Translations under genes and position numbers: made by a program
Part shown: positions 38,889 to 48,485 of the stretch, piece after piece
Layout of the letters: each line of letters begins with the position of its first letter
Position numbering within the stretch: the first letter of the stretch is position 1
The notes under the pieces: generated by a model
Database searches by the model: none
Told to the model about the DNA's origin: nothing
The model's input: the letters and a program-made list of their open reading frames with translations, nothing else
Origin: Candidatus Latescibacterota bacterium
Lineage (GTDB): Bacteria; Latescibacterota; UBA2968; GCA-2709665
Reading direction: 5' to 3'
DNA: 64,000 nt
Assembly (NCBI GenBank): GCA_965219455.1
Contig: OZ244744.1
Location: forward strand, 5,216,001 to 5,280,000

Positions 38889-40262
38889 TTACCGTGCTAG
38901 AATCCCGGCAAGTTCTTCGGCAGGATAGGTGATGATTTCGGCGAGAGTTGGATGGTAGTGTGGGATCTGGAGAAGGTCGAAGACGGTGCCCCGGTAGTAA
39001 ATTACCGCGGCGAGTTCGTGGATGAGTTCGGAGGCGTCGGGGCCCGTTATATGACCGGCAATGAGTTCGCCGCTTCCGGGGCGGCAGAGGATCTTGACAG
39101 CGCCATGCGTTTCTCCCATCACCATCGATTTACCGTGATCGCTGAACGGATATTCGGCCGAAAGATATACAATGCCCGCTGCCCGGCATTCTCTCTCGGT
39201 AGGGCCGACAGAGGCCACCTGCGGATCGGTGAAAACAACTGACGTACGCAGGCGATAGTCGATCGTCTTTTCTGGCTTTCCCGCCACGGCATTGTGGCCG
39301 GAGATCTCTCCCTGAAGCACGGCAATGTGTACGATTTCGTACGGACCCACACAGTCTCCGGCGGCGAAGATGTGTTCCGCGCTGGTCTGCATCGCGTCGT
39401 TAGCGACAATTCGTGCGTTTTCAAGTTCAACGCCGGCGCGTACCAGTGCCAGGTCGGCGAGGTCCGGCGTTCGGCCCATCGCGTTGAAGACGATGTCGGC
39501 CGAGGCCGTTCGCGGTTCGCCGCGGTGCAGAAAGTGTGCGGTGATGCGATTCTTTGTTCGGCTGAAGCGTTGGAGGCGTGTGTCCGTGTATACCCGCATC
39601 CCTTCTTCCCTGAAGCGGGTTTCCACGGGCAGGACCATGTCCGGGTCACATGCGCTGATCAGCTGGCGGTTTCTCTGTATCAGCGTGGTCCTGGCACCCA
39701 TCCGGCACAGAAATTGGCCCAGTTCGGTGGCAACGGCGCCTCCGCCCAGCACGATGACGGATCCGGGAAGTTCTCGAAGTTCCAGGATATCGTCGCTGGA
39801 GAGGTAGCCCGTTTCCTCAAGTCCGGGAACCGGGATTTGCTTGACAACGGAGCCCACGGCGATGACAAAACACCGTCCGGAGATCTTTTTTGTGCCAACG
39901 CACACGGAGTGTGGCGATTCGAACCGGGCCCGGCCCTTTATCAGTGTGAATCTCGGGCTGTTGAGCTGCTCGACCCTGTATTCTGCGAATTCGTCGACGA
40001 GCGCGCGTTTACGGTCGTTGATGGCGGCCAGGTCCGGGGATATGTCCCGGGCATTCAGACCGAACTCTCCGGCCCGTTTCATCAGCGACAACAGGTCCGA
40101 ACTGCGCAGCAGTGTCTTGGAGGGCATGCAGCCGCGCAAGATGCACAGACCGCCGAGTGGCCCTTTGTCGACAATGGCGACGTTTGCTCCGCTGTCTGCT
40201 GCGACACGGGCCGCGGCGTAACCCGCGCTGCCTCCTCCGATAACAACGACGTCGTAGGTCAT
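38889..40262 (-). CDS. Pyridine nucleotide-disulfide oxidoreductase (dihydrolipoyl dehydrogenase/MerA-like family)
   Basis: IGGGSAG, GGLCILRGCMPSK redox disulfide, GGG....E, IFAAGD, HPTLAE. No C-terminal Cys pair. Confidence 0.88.
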   Translation of the reverse strand: MTYDVVVIGGGSAGYAAARVAADSGANVAIVDKGPLGGLCILRGCMPSKTLLRSSDLLSLMKRAGEFGLNARDISPDLAAINDRKRALVDEFAEYRVEQLNSPRFTLIKGRARFESPHSVCVGTKKISGRCFVIAVGSVVKQIPVPGLEETGYLSSDDILELRELPGSVIVLGGGAVATELGQFLCRMGARTTLIQRNRQLISACDPDMVLPVETRFREEGMRVYTDTRLQRFSRTKNRITAHFLHRGEPRTASADIVFNAMGRTPDLADLALVRAGVELENARIVANDAMQTSAEHIFAAGDCVGPYEIVHIAVLQGEISGHNAVAGKPEKTIDYRLRTSVVFTDPQVASVGPTERECRAAGIVYLSAEYPFSDHGKSMVMGETHGAVKILCRPGSGELIAGHITGPDASELIHELAAVIYYRGTVFDLLQIPHYHPTLAEIITYPAEELAGILAR

Positions 40263-40487
40263 GGTCTGGCCTGCAATGTGAAATGATACGCTTGAAGACC
40301 GGGGTAGGTCAGCGAATCTACCAATGGCGCCATCACCGGACAAGAGAAAAATGGGTCAGACGCGTCAATCTCCGCCCGTGCACGCCGCCCCTGACGCCGT
40401 GGGCGATTGTGTCCTCGCGACGTCGACGGGTCGCAGGCTGCTCTTCAGGTGGACATGGCGGGTCATCGTACGGGCCGAGGTGATGAG

Positions 40488-41864
40488 GTGTCCGTGATCT
40501 CACGGTGGCGGGAACAGGGTGGTTATAGGGACGTGTTGCGGGTGGCGGCGCCTCTCATTCTGAGCACGGGGTCATGGAGCCTGCAGATCTTCGTGGATCG
40601 GATATTCCTGAGTTGGTACGGGCGGGACGTACTTGCGGCGTGTCTGCCGGCCGGCATGTTGCACTTTACGTTCTCCAGCCTGTTTATTGGAACCGTTGCC
40701 TACGTGAATACATTCGTCGCCCAGTATTGGGGGGCGGACCGGCCTGATCGGGTAGGCCCCGCGGTCTGGCAGGGGATTTACCTCGGATTGGCCTCCGGCG
40801 TGTTGATTCTGTGTCTGATGCCGTTTTCCGAACATTTCTTTGAATGGGCCGGGCATGAGCCGCACATACGCGCGCTGGAGGCGGCGTATTTCAGGATCCT
40901 ATGCTTTATGGGGCCGGGGATCACAGGGGTGGCGGTATCCTCCTTTTTTAGCGGGCGAGGGGATACCCGGACGGTAATGTGGGTGAATTTCCTTGCGACC
41001 GGGCTGAATATCATCCTGGACTATGTGTGGATATTCGGCCATTGGGGGTTCCCGGAATGGGGGATTCGGGGCGCCGCCTGGGCGACGGTGGTTTCGCACC
41101 TCCTGATACCGGTCGTGTTCTTCGCCCTGATGATGCGCCCGAAGTACCGCGACGCGCTGCACACGTTGAGTGGATGGCGACCTGATGGAGCGTTGTTGAG
41201 GCGGCTTGTGCGTTTCGGGTTACCGAACGGCGTACAGTTCATGCTCGAGATTCTGGGCTTTTCGATGTTCATACTCCTGGTGGGGAAACTTGGGACGACG
41301 GCGTTGGCGGCCACGAGCGTGACGTTTAACGTCAATACACTTGCCTTCCTCCCGATGATGGGGCTGGGCATCGCGGTTTCCACACTTGTAGGGCAATACC
41401 TGGGTAAAGAAAGGGCGGATCTGGCTGAGCGCAGCACCTGGTCCGCGGTACACCTCAGCCTGGCGTATATGCTGGTGATGGCGGCGGGATATGTCTTCGT
41501 GCCGGGTCTCTTTTTGAGGCCTTATATTTCCGGCGCCGATCCGGAGGCTTTCGAACAGGTCTGGGACATGTCCGTCATTCTGTTACGGTTTGTTGCGTTT
41601 TATTGTGTGTTCGATGCGCTCTACATCGTTTTTTCGGCCGGCGTGAAGGGCGCCGGAGATACCCGTTTTGTCTTGCTCACGTCGGTTGCACTTGGCTGGC
41701 TGCTGATGGTTTTGCCGACCTACCTTTCGATAGTGACCTTCGGGTGGGGCCTTTACGTCGCCTGGATATTCATCAGCCTTTACCTCGTCGTGGGTGGATT
41801 GATCTTTATGTTCCGGTTCAGGGGTGGCAAGTGGAAGTCGATGCGTGTCATTGAAGGATCCTAG
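40488..41864 (+). CDS. MATE family efflux transporter
   Basis: VD..FL, VAQY.GA, G.GDTR, GI.GAA.AT, LVGQ.LG, R.G.W. Start uncertain. Confidence 0.9.
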   Translation: MSVISRWREQGGYRDVLRVAAPLILSTGSWSLQIFVDRIFLSWYGRDVLAACLPAGMLHFTFSSLFIGTVAYVNTFVAQYWGADRPDRVGPAVWQGIYLGLASGVLILCLMPFSEHFFEWAGHEPHIRALEAAYFRILCFMGPGITGVAVSSFFSGRGDTRTVMWVNFLATGLNIILDYVWIFGHWGFPEWGIRGAAWATVVSHLLIPVVFFALMMRPKYRDALHTLSGWRPDGALLRRLVRFGLPNGVQFMLEILGFSMFILLVGKLGTTALAATSVTFNVNTLAFLPMMGLGIAVSTLVGQYLGKERADLAERSTWSAVHLSLAYMLVMAAGYVFVPGLFLRPYISGADPEAFEQVWDMSVILLRFVAFYCVFDALYIVFSAGVKGAGDTRFVLLTSVALGWLLMVLPTYLSIVTFGWGLYVAWIFISLYLVVGGLIFMFRFRGGKWKSMRVIEGS

Positions 41865-42055
41865 GACACCCGGACAGTCGGCAGTCGACGAACGATAGTG
41901 AGAACAACGAGGTGCAGCAATCTCGCCCGATGAAGCATGGCGACGAAGTTTCCGTCGATGCCCACTGAACCCCGGCCGTCTCAGGGCGTCTGCAGAACGG
42001 GAGCACTTTCCAATTCGTCCGCGAGAAGGGCCTGACTGAAACCTGAGCGATCAAT

Positions 42056-44521
42056 ATGAAGATATCGAGCGATTTGCGGTTCGGTGAACCCGTAGAGATG
42101 GATCCGGCAGCCGGGTGCGGCCTCGTCCGCACTGTCGCCGTCGGGGTGTTTGTGGTTTCGCTCGCGGTGTTTATCAAAACGGCGGCGCCGACCGTATCGT
42201 TCTGGGACTCCGGCGAGTTTATCGCGTGCGCGTTTACGTTGGGCATTCCGCACCCACCGGGGGCGCCGCTGTATTTGCTGATCGGACGTCTGTTTACGAT
42301 GTTGCCTGTGGGAGAAGACCCCGCGTTCCCGATGAACCTGATTTCGGCAATAACGAGCGCGTTTGCGGTGCTATTTGTTTTTCTGATTACGGTACGCCTG
42401 ATCCTGCTGGGTTGGGGCGCCGGCGAAAGGAACGTAAAACGCGTTTCCAGTGTGGTTGGGGGGGCAGTGGCTGCCCTGATGCTGGCGTTTTCAGATACCT
42501 TTTGGTACAATGCCGTAGAGACCGAGGTGTACGGGTTTTCAACGATGCTGATGACGCTGTCTCTATGGCTGGGGTTAAGGTGGATGGAACGCGCGGGAGA
42601 CCCGAACAGCCAGCGAATACTGCTTTTTATCGCCTATCTGATGGGACTCGCGGGCGGCGTTCACCTGCTGTGTCTATTGACCGTCCCCACGTTACTGATG
42701 TTGATCTGGTTTCGGAAGCCGGAGATATTGCGGGACCCGCGGATTTGGGCGTACGCGGCGCTCTTGTTTGTTGCTGGGTATTCGACCTACGCCTCACTCT
42801 ACATCCGGTCGGGGTTGAATCCCATGATTGACGAGAACAATCCGGAAAACTGGGCTAATTTTATCAAGTTTCTGGGCCGGGAACAGTACGGTGCGGAAAG
42901 TATGCTGCTGGGTGTATTCGACCGCAAGGCGCCATTCTGGGATTTCCAGATCTGGACGATGTATATCAAATATTTCCTCGCGCAGTTTCCGGTACCGGGG
43001 CTGCGGTTCGTATCAGACGCTTTCCGACAGGCGACATCTCACGACGTACAATTCGTAAGTATTTCAGTCGTTCCCTATCTCCTGGGCTGCTGGGGCATTT
43101 GGGAACACCGGCGACGGGACCGCCGGCGCTTCTGGGCCATTGCCGCGCTTTTTGTGCTTTCGGGCATCGGGCTTTCGATATATCTCAACATGGAAGACCC
43201 GCAGCCGAGAGAACGTGACTACGTGTTCGTGGGCTCCTTCGGGTTGTTCTCCATCTGGATAGGCATCGCGGCGTCGGTGGTAATGCGTGGGGCGTTAGGC
43301 CTTCGTGGCAGGAGTCCGGCGATTGTCGCCGCCTGCCTTCTGCTCGCGATGCCGGCCGGGTTGGCCGCAAGCCTCTACCCGACGCACGACCGGACAGGTA
43401 ACCGGTTTGCGTACGACTATGCCGCGAACATTCTGAATTCCTGCGACCCCGACGCGATCCTGTTTACCAATGCGGATAACGACAGTTTCCCTCTCTGGTT
43501 CCAGCAGGAGGTGATGGGTCTCCGAAAGGACGTGCGCGTGGTAAACCTGAGCCTGCTCAATACCCCCTGGTATATTAAGCAGTTGAGGGATCTGGGGCCG
43601 AAGGTTACCATCCGATATACGGATGATTATATCGATCAGGTATTGACGGTTCATACGCGGACGGCGGTGATGCAGTCCGGACGATTCTGGCCGGAGGCCC
43701 GGGAGGTGCAGGCGGCCGGGCTGAAATGGACAGTACGGGGAATGCCGGGCAAAGTGTTGCGCGTACAGGATGTAATGGTTTTGAAGATTGTGGACTGGAA
43801 CCGGTGGGAAAGACCGGTGTATTTTGCGCTGACGGTCCCGGACGAAAACAGGATGGGGCTGGCAGATTACCTGGAGATGGAGGGTATGGTGTTTTCTCTA
43901 TCGCGGCGGAGGGCCTTACCGATTCGCGTTCAACAAACCAGGAAGCACCTGCTGAACCTCTATCAGTACCGGGGAGTCGCGGACCCCGACGTGCATCGTA
44001 ACCGGACCGCACGGAACCTGCTCGCCAATTATCCGGCGGTGTTCCTGCACCTCGCCGAGGTGTTGACCGAAGATGGTGACCGGGATGGCGCCTACGAGGT
44101 TCTGCGGTTCTGTGAGGAGCGCGCGCTGCCGCCGGAGCATTGGCAGGGTTTTGTGTTGATGGCCGCGTTCATGCATCGATTGGAGCGGCCCCAGGAGACC
44201 CAGCGATTGCTGAATATCGTGCTGGATTCAAACCGGATCGACGAAGAAACGCGTCTTGGTACCGTAGCGGAACTGCAGATGAAAATTGGTCGATACGGTG
44301 CTGCAATAGGGCTTTATAACCGGATGATCGAGAGCAACATTAAGGTCGAACGGGCGCTCTTTAATCGAGCTGCATCCAGGGAACGTATCGGAGATTTCAC
44401 GGGCGCCGCCGCCGACCTGGAGTCCCTCCTGCGGTTGACACCTGGCGACCGCGAGGTCGCGCGGGCATTGGAGACATTGCGGAAGAGGGCCAAACGTCAC
44501 GAGGCTGGCGATGGCCCCTGA
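42056..44521 (+). CDS. DUF2723 (TMEM260-like GT-C) membrane protein with C-terminal TPR-like region
   Basis: WDSGEF, HPPGAPLY, AVETEVY, PRERDY, FTNADNDSFPLW, NLSLL...WY; TPR-like helices at the C-terminus. Confidence 0.85.
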   Translation: MKISSDLRFGEPVEMDPAAGCGLVRTVAVGVFVVSLAVFIKTAAPTVSFWDSGEFIACAFTLGIPHPPGAPLYLLIGRLFTMLPVGEDPAFPMNLISAITSAFAVLFVFLITVRLILLGWGAGERNVKRVSSVVGGAVAALMLAFSDTFWYNAVETEVYGFSTMLMTLSLWLGLRWMERAGDPNSQRILLFIAYLMGLAGGVHLLCLLTVPTLLMLIWFRKPEILRDPRIWAYAALLFVAGYSTYASLYIRSGLNPMIDENNPENWANFIKFLGREQYGAESMLLGVFDRKAPFWDFQIWTMYIKYFLAQFPVPGLRFVSDAFRQATSHDVQFVSISVVPYLLGCWGIWEHRRRDRRRFWAIAALFVLSGIGLSIYLNMEDPQPRERDYVFVGSFGLFSIWIGIAASVVMRGALGLRGRSPAIVAACLLLAMPAGLAASLYPTHDRTGNRFAYDYAANILNSCDPDAILFTNADNDSFPLWFQQEVMGLRKDVRVVNLSLLNTPWYIKQLRDLGPKVTIRYTDDYIDQVLTVHTRTAVMQSGRFWPEAREVQAAGLKWTVRGMPGKVLRVQDVMVLKIVDWNRWERPVYFALTVPDENRMGLADYLEMEGMVFSLSRRRALPIRVQQTRKHLLNLYQYRGVADPDVHRNRTARNLLANYPAVFLHLAEVLTEDGDRDGAYEVLRFCEERALPPEHWQGFVLMAAFMHRLERPQETQRLLNIVLDSNRIDEETRLGTVAELQMKIGRYGAAIGLYNRMIESNIKVERALFNRAASRERIGDFTGAAADLESLLRLTPGDREVARALETLRKRAKRHEAGDGP

Positions 44522-45566
44522 GCCCCTGGTGTCTGTGATTGTGCCGCATTTTCTGGGGGATGTTCTCCTCACGTGCCTGGAATTCCTGTACACGAGAACA
44601 ACCGGCGTGCCGTTTGAGGTGATCGTCGCCGACGACAGGCCGTATGACGACGGAAGTTTGCAGCGAGCGCAGGCACGGTTTCCAGGCATCCGGGTCGAGA
44701 GCGTGGGTGGCGGGAAGGGTATGGGTGCGGGGTGCAACCGGGGGCTGGAGGTCGCGCGCGGGCAATATGCGATGTTGTTGAATAACGACGTCGAAGTCAC
44801 CGAAGACTGGTTGCCGCCGCTGGTGGCTGCAATGGAAGCCGACCCGCAGGTAGGCGTTTGCCAGCCCAAGGTGAGATCACTTCGTCAACGTGAGAAATTC
44901 GACTACGGAGGCGCGGCGGGCGGGATGATGGACATGCTTGGATACACCTTCTGTCTGGGCCGGTTGTTTGAAACGGTCGAGGAAGATCTAGGGCAGTACG
45001 ATCGTTCGCGGGAGATATTCTGGGCGGTAGGGGGCGCGATGTTTCTGCGGATGCGGTGTCTGCGAGAAACCGGACTCATGGATGAAGGGTTTTATATGCA
45101 TATGGAGGAAATCGACCTGTGCTGGCGTTTCCATCTCGTGGGGTACCGGGTGATTTCCGTTCCGGAGTCTTTGGTCTATCACTATGGAGGCTGGTCCCTG
45201 GATGCAAGGGGTTTCCGGAAGGCGTACCTGAACCATAGAAATCAACTGGTAATGGTGTTGAAGAACCTGTCCGCTCTTTCCCTGGCCTGGGTGTTTCCCG
45301 CGCGGGTCATTATGGAATTGGGCACCGTGCTGCTCGGGATGGTTAAGCGTGACTGGAAGCGGCCCGCGGCGGCGCTTTGCGGCCTGTGCTGGGTGATGTT
45401 TCATCCAGTGACGATACTGCGGCGACGACGAGACGCGCAACGGGTGCGCGTGGTTAAGGACGGGGAGATTGTTCGGAACTTGTATCGAGGTGTGATCGGT
45501 TTCCGATATTTCCTGAGGGGGGTACGTAAGGCGTCTGACCTGTATCGCCGCGGTCGCCGGCGTTGA
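44511..45566 (+). CDS. Glycosyltransferase family 2
   Basis: VSVIV, N.G, LLNNDVEV, GAM, F.MHMEEIDLCWR, VYH.GG. Overlaps the upstream gene. Confidence 0.92.
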   Translation: MAPEPLVSVIVPHFLGDVLLTCLEFLYTRTTGVPFEVIVADDRPYDDGSLQRAQARFPGIRVESVGGGKGMGAGCNRGLEVARGQYAMLLNNDVEVTEDWLPPLVAAMEADPQVGVCQPKVRSLRQREKFDYGGAAGGMMDMLGYTFCLGRLFETVEEDLGQYDRSREIFWAVGGAMFLRMRCLRETGLMDEGFYMHMEEIDLCWRFHLVGYRVISVPESLVYHYGGWSLDARGFRKAYLNHRNQLVMVLKNLSALSLAWVFPARVIMELGTVLLGMVKRDWKRPAAALCGLCWVMFHPVTILRRRRDAQRVRVVKDGEIVRNLYRGVIGFRYFLRGVRKASDLYRRGRRR

Positions 45567-45646
45567 CGGGATATCGCGGTAACGGAATTCGTCCGGATGG
45601 ATCTCAAAGCGTTCGGGCGACACCAATGAAAAACGGAGGATGTTGA

Positions 45647-46846
45647 GTGAGCGCGTTTCGCAGAGTGATCGGCCTGATGTCGGGTACGTCCGCGGATGGC
45701 GTTGATGCGGCTCTCGTCGACGTCGGGCTCGAGGAAACCAGCGTTCGGCTGGTTGCGTTTACCAATTTGCCGTACCCTCCCGAATTGCGGCGGGAGATCC
45801 TCGAGGTATCGGAAGCCGAACGTGGCAATGTGGATAAGATATGCAGGCTGCATGTCGTTCTTGGGGAGTGGTTTGTCAGGGCCGCTTTCAACGTGTGCTG
45901 CAAGGCCGGCATTGAGATGTCAAAGGTGGATCTCATCGGGTCGCACGGACAGACGGTCCACCACCTGCCGGAAGCATACAGCGCGTTCGGTGTGGTCACG
46001 CGATCCTCATTGCAAATCGCCGATCCGTGCGTGATCGCGGAGCGGACCGGAGTCACCACGGTTGCGGACTTTCGGGCGCGGGACCTGGCGGTCGGCGGAC
46101 AGGGGGCGCCGCTGGTCCCTCTGGTGGATTACCTGCTATTCGGGTCCCGGCGGGAGGGGCGCGTGTTGTTGAATATCGGCGGGATTTCAAACGTTACGGT
46201 GTTGCCCGCCGGGTGCGGGCCGGAAGATGTCATCGCATTTGACACAGGGCCGGGAAACATGCTGCTGGACGCGCTGGCGGTAGTCCTGACAGGAGGACGG
46301 CTTGCGTACGACGTGGCTGGCGCGTTGGCGGCATCCGGCGACGTGTCCGATCCGCTGCTTGAGGAAATGATGCGCCATCCCTTTCTGAAAAGGGTGCCGC
46401 CCAAGTCGACGGGAAGGGAGACGTTTGGTGCGACCCTGGTTCGGGACATCCTGGCCTGGCGTGGCCGCGTACCGGATGAAGACCTGATCGCCACTGCGAC
46501 CGCGTTTACGGCACGAAGCATTGCGGATGCGTTAAAACGGTTTGTCCTGCCCGTCAGCCCTGTCGGGAGAATGGCCGTCAGTGGTGGCGGCGGACGAAAC
46601 CCCGTCCTGATGGATATGCTGCGCGGTGCGCTTCCCGGTGTGGACATCTGTCAGACCGATGCGCTTGGCGTGCCGCTGGATGCAAAAGAGGCGATTGCGT
46701 TTGCGGTGCTGGCCAATGCGACGGTGGAAGGCCGGCCCGGCAATCTGCCCGCCGCGACGGGTGCCTCCAAACCCGTGGTACTTGGTGTGGTTGCACCGGG
46801 TGGAAGATGTGGAATTTCGATTGATTCGGCAGACGGGATTGTGTAA
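45647..46846 (+). CDS. anmK: Anhydro-N-acetylmuramic acid kinase
   Basis: IGLMSGTSADGVD, GSHGQT, DFR..D.A.GGQGAPLVP, NIGGISN, FDTGPGN, PKSTGRE, KEA.AFA. Confidence 0.96.
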   Translation: MSAFRRVIGLMSGTSADGVDAALVDVGLEETSVRLVAFTNLPYPPELRREILEVSEAERGNVDKICRLHVVLGEWFVRAAFNVCCKAGIEMSKVDLIGSHGQTVHHLPEAYSAFGVVTRSSLQIADPCVIAERTGVTTVADFRARDLAVGGQGAPLVPLVDYLLFGSRREGRVLLNIGGISNVTVLPAGCGPEDVIAFDTGPGNMLLDALAVVLTGGRLAYDVAGALAASGDVSDPLLEEMMRHPFLKRVPPKSTGRETFGATLVRDILAWRGRVPDEDLIATATAFTARSIADALKRFVLPVSPVGRMAVSGGGGRNPVLMDMLRGALPGVDICQTDALGVPLDAKEAIAFAVLANATVEGRPGNLPAATGASKPVVLGVVAPGGRCGISIDSADGIV

Positions 46847-46995
46847 GTTTATTTTCCGGCATCGACGCTCCCGGGGGTTAAGGGAGAAGAAACCGGATCA
46901 CAGGTGGCGGATGTGGGGGAGCGCCGTCATTGGTCCTGGCGGCGTGAGGGTCAGCGTTCAAATTCACACGTCGTTACACGACGGGGTCGGATGTT

Positions 46996-47823
46996 ATGGG
47001 CATGCAGAATCTGCTGGTGATGGGTACGGGCGCGGCCTACGTCATCAGCGCTAGTGCGTATGCCGCGCATTTTATACGGAAGCAGGCGCTCGGAGGCTCT
47101 CTTGGTTTTTGGGGCCTCATTGCGGGCTGGGTGCTGCATAGTACGTTGCTGGCCAGAATGGCCCTTGCAACGGGACAGGTTCCATTGACCAGCCAGGTGC
47201 TGCCGTCTTTATGCGCCTGGCTTGTTGTTATTGTCTTTCTGTACCTGGAACTTGGCACCTGTCGCGGTTCGCTGGGCGCGCTGGTTGTTCCCATTGTGGC
47301 GGTGTTGCACCTCGTGGCTGCTTCCAACCTTATGGGTGTCGAAGAGGCGCCAAGAGTGGCACACACGGGTGGCTGGTTCAAGCTCCACGTGGTCGCCTGC
47401 ATTCTGGCCTACGCGGCGTTTGCCATATCCAGTGTCAGCGCAACGATGTACGTGATGCTGTTGGGGGAGATTCAGAAGAAGCATCTGGGCTTTTTCTACG
47501 ATCGCCTGCCGCCGCTGGATACACTCGACCAGACCAATAGCCGAGCGGCATCGTTCGGTTTTGTGTTCTTGACGGCGGGTATCGTGGCGAGTTCCGTTTG
47601 GTTCCACCAGAAGATGTACCGGCTTTGGATCTGGAATGAACCGGCGTTCTGGGTGCTTCTGGTTACGTGGGTTGTCTATGCCGGGCACCTGGCTGCCCGA
47701 AGGATCGCCGGCTGGCAGGGAAAACGGGCGGCATTCATGTCAATTCTGGGGTTTGTTCTCGTGGTGTTCACATTCCCTGTTATGGGTTTGCTATTTCCCG
47801 GAAAACACGTTCTGGCACAGTAG
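46996..47823 (+). CDS. ccsA: Cytochrome c assembly family protein (CcsA/HemX-like)
   Basis: About 8 TM segments; conserved His, LP.L..LD, GF..LT, W.W.EP, W..Y, GW.G.RAA. Confidence 0.75.
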   Translation: MGMQNLLVMGTGAAYVISASAYAAHFIRKQALGGSLGFWGLIAGWVLHSTLLARMALATGQVPLTSQVLPSLCAWLVVIVFLYLELGTCRGSLGALVVPIVAVLHLVAASNLMGVEEAPRVAHTGGWFKLHVVACILAYAAFAISSVSATMYVMLLGEIQKKHLGFFYDRLPPLDTLDQTNSRAASFGFVFLTAGIVASSVWFHQKMYRLWIWNEPAFWVLLVTWVVYAGHLAARRIAGWQGKRAAFMSILGFVLVVFTFPVMGLLFPGKHVLAQ

Positions 47824-47843
47824 GTTAATGTGAGTGAGTTCAA

Positions 47844-48485
47844 ATGGCCGGCCAACGGATTGAATATCCAATCTTTCTGGATTTACGGGACAAGAAATGT
47901 GTCGTCGTGGGCGGTGGCTCCGTTGCCGAGCGGAAAGTACGCGGTCTGGTCGCCGCGGGTGCGCTCGTGTCGGTGATCGCGCCGGTGGTATCGGATTCGC
48001 TCGATGGCCTGGCCGCTGCCGGTCGCGTCCGTCTGGAACGTCGCGAATTTCGTGGGAGTGACGTGGAAGGTGCGGCCCTGGTGTTCGCTGCGACGGACCG
48101 GAGGTCGGTGAACGATGAGGTCGTGCTTGCCGCAGGGGAGAACGCGGTTCCGGTCAATCGCTCGGACGGAACGGGCCCGGGGGATTTTACCGTGCCTTCA
48201 ACGCTGCGTCACGGCGGGTTTCAGGTGGCGGTTTCAACCGCCGGGGCCAGCCCTGCTTACGCGCGGATGGTCAGACGGCATCTCGAGGATGTCCTGGGGC
48301 GCGAACATGGAGGCGTGGTGGACTATTTGGCCCGGTTGCGTCCGCGGGTGATGGAACGGTTTCCCGAAAGTCCCGCAAGACGAAAGGCCATATGGGATCG
48401 GCTTGTGAACTGGGAGACCGTTGACCTGGTCCGGCGGGAACGATGGGAAGAACTCGATAAGAAAGTACGGGCATGTCTATCGTAG
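47844..48485 (+). CDS. Precorrin-2 dehydrogenase/sirohydrochlorin ferrochelatase (SirC/Met8p/CysG-N)
   Basis: YPIFL.L, VVGGG.VAERK, AATD, DF.VP, AVST.GASP. Confidence 0.9.
   Translation: MAGQRIEYPIFLDLRDKKCVVVGGGSVAERKVRGLVAAGALVSVIAPVVSDSLDGLAAAGRVRLERREFRGSDVEGAALVFAATDRRSVNDEVVLAAGENAVPVNRSDGTGPGDFTVPSTLRHGGFQVAVSTAGASPAYARMVRRHLEDVLGREHGGVVDYLARLRPRVMERFPESPARRKAIWDRLVNWETVDLVRRERWEELDKKVRACLS

Noticed and set aside
38889-40262. Mercuric reductase MerA
   Set aside because: There is no C-terminal Cys-Cys pair, no NmerA domain and no mer genes nearby. It ends in the HPTxxE motif of the lipoamide dehydrogenase type.
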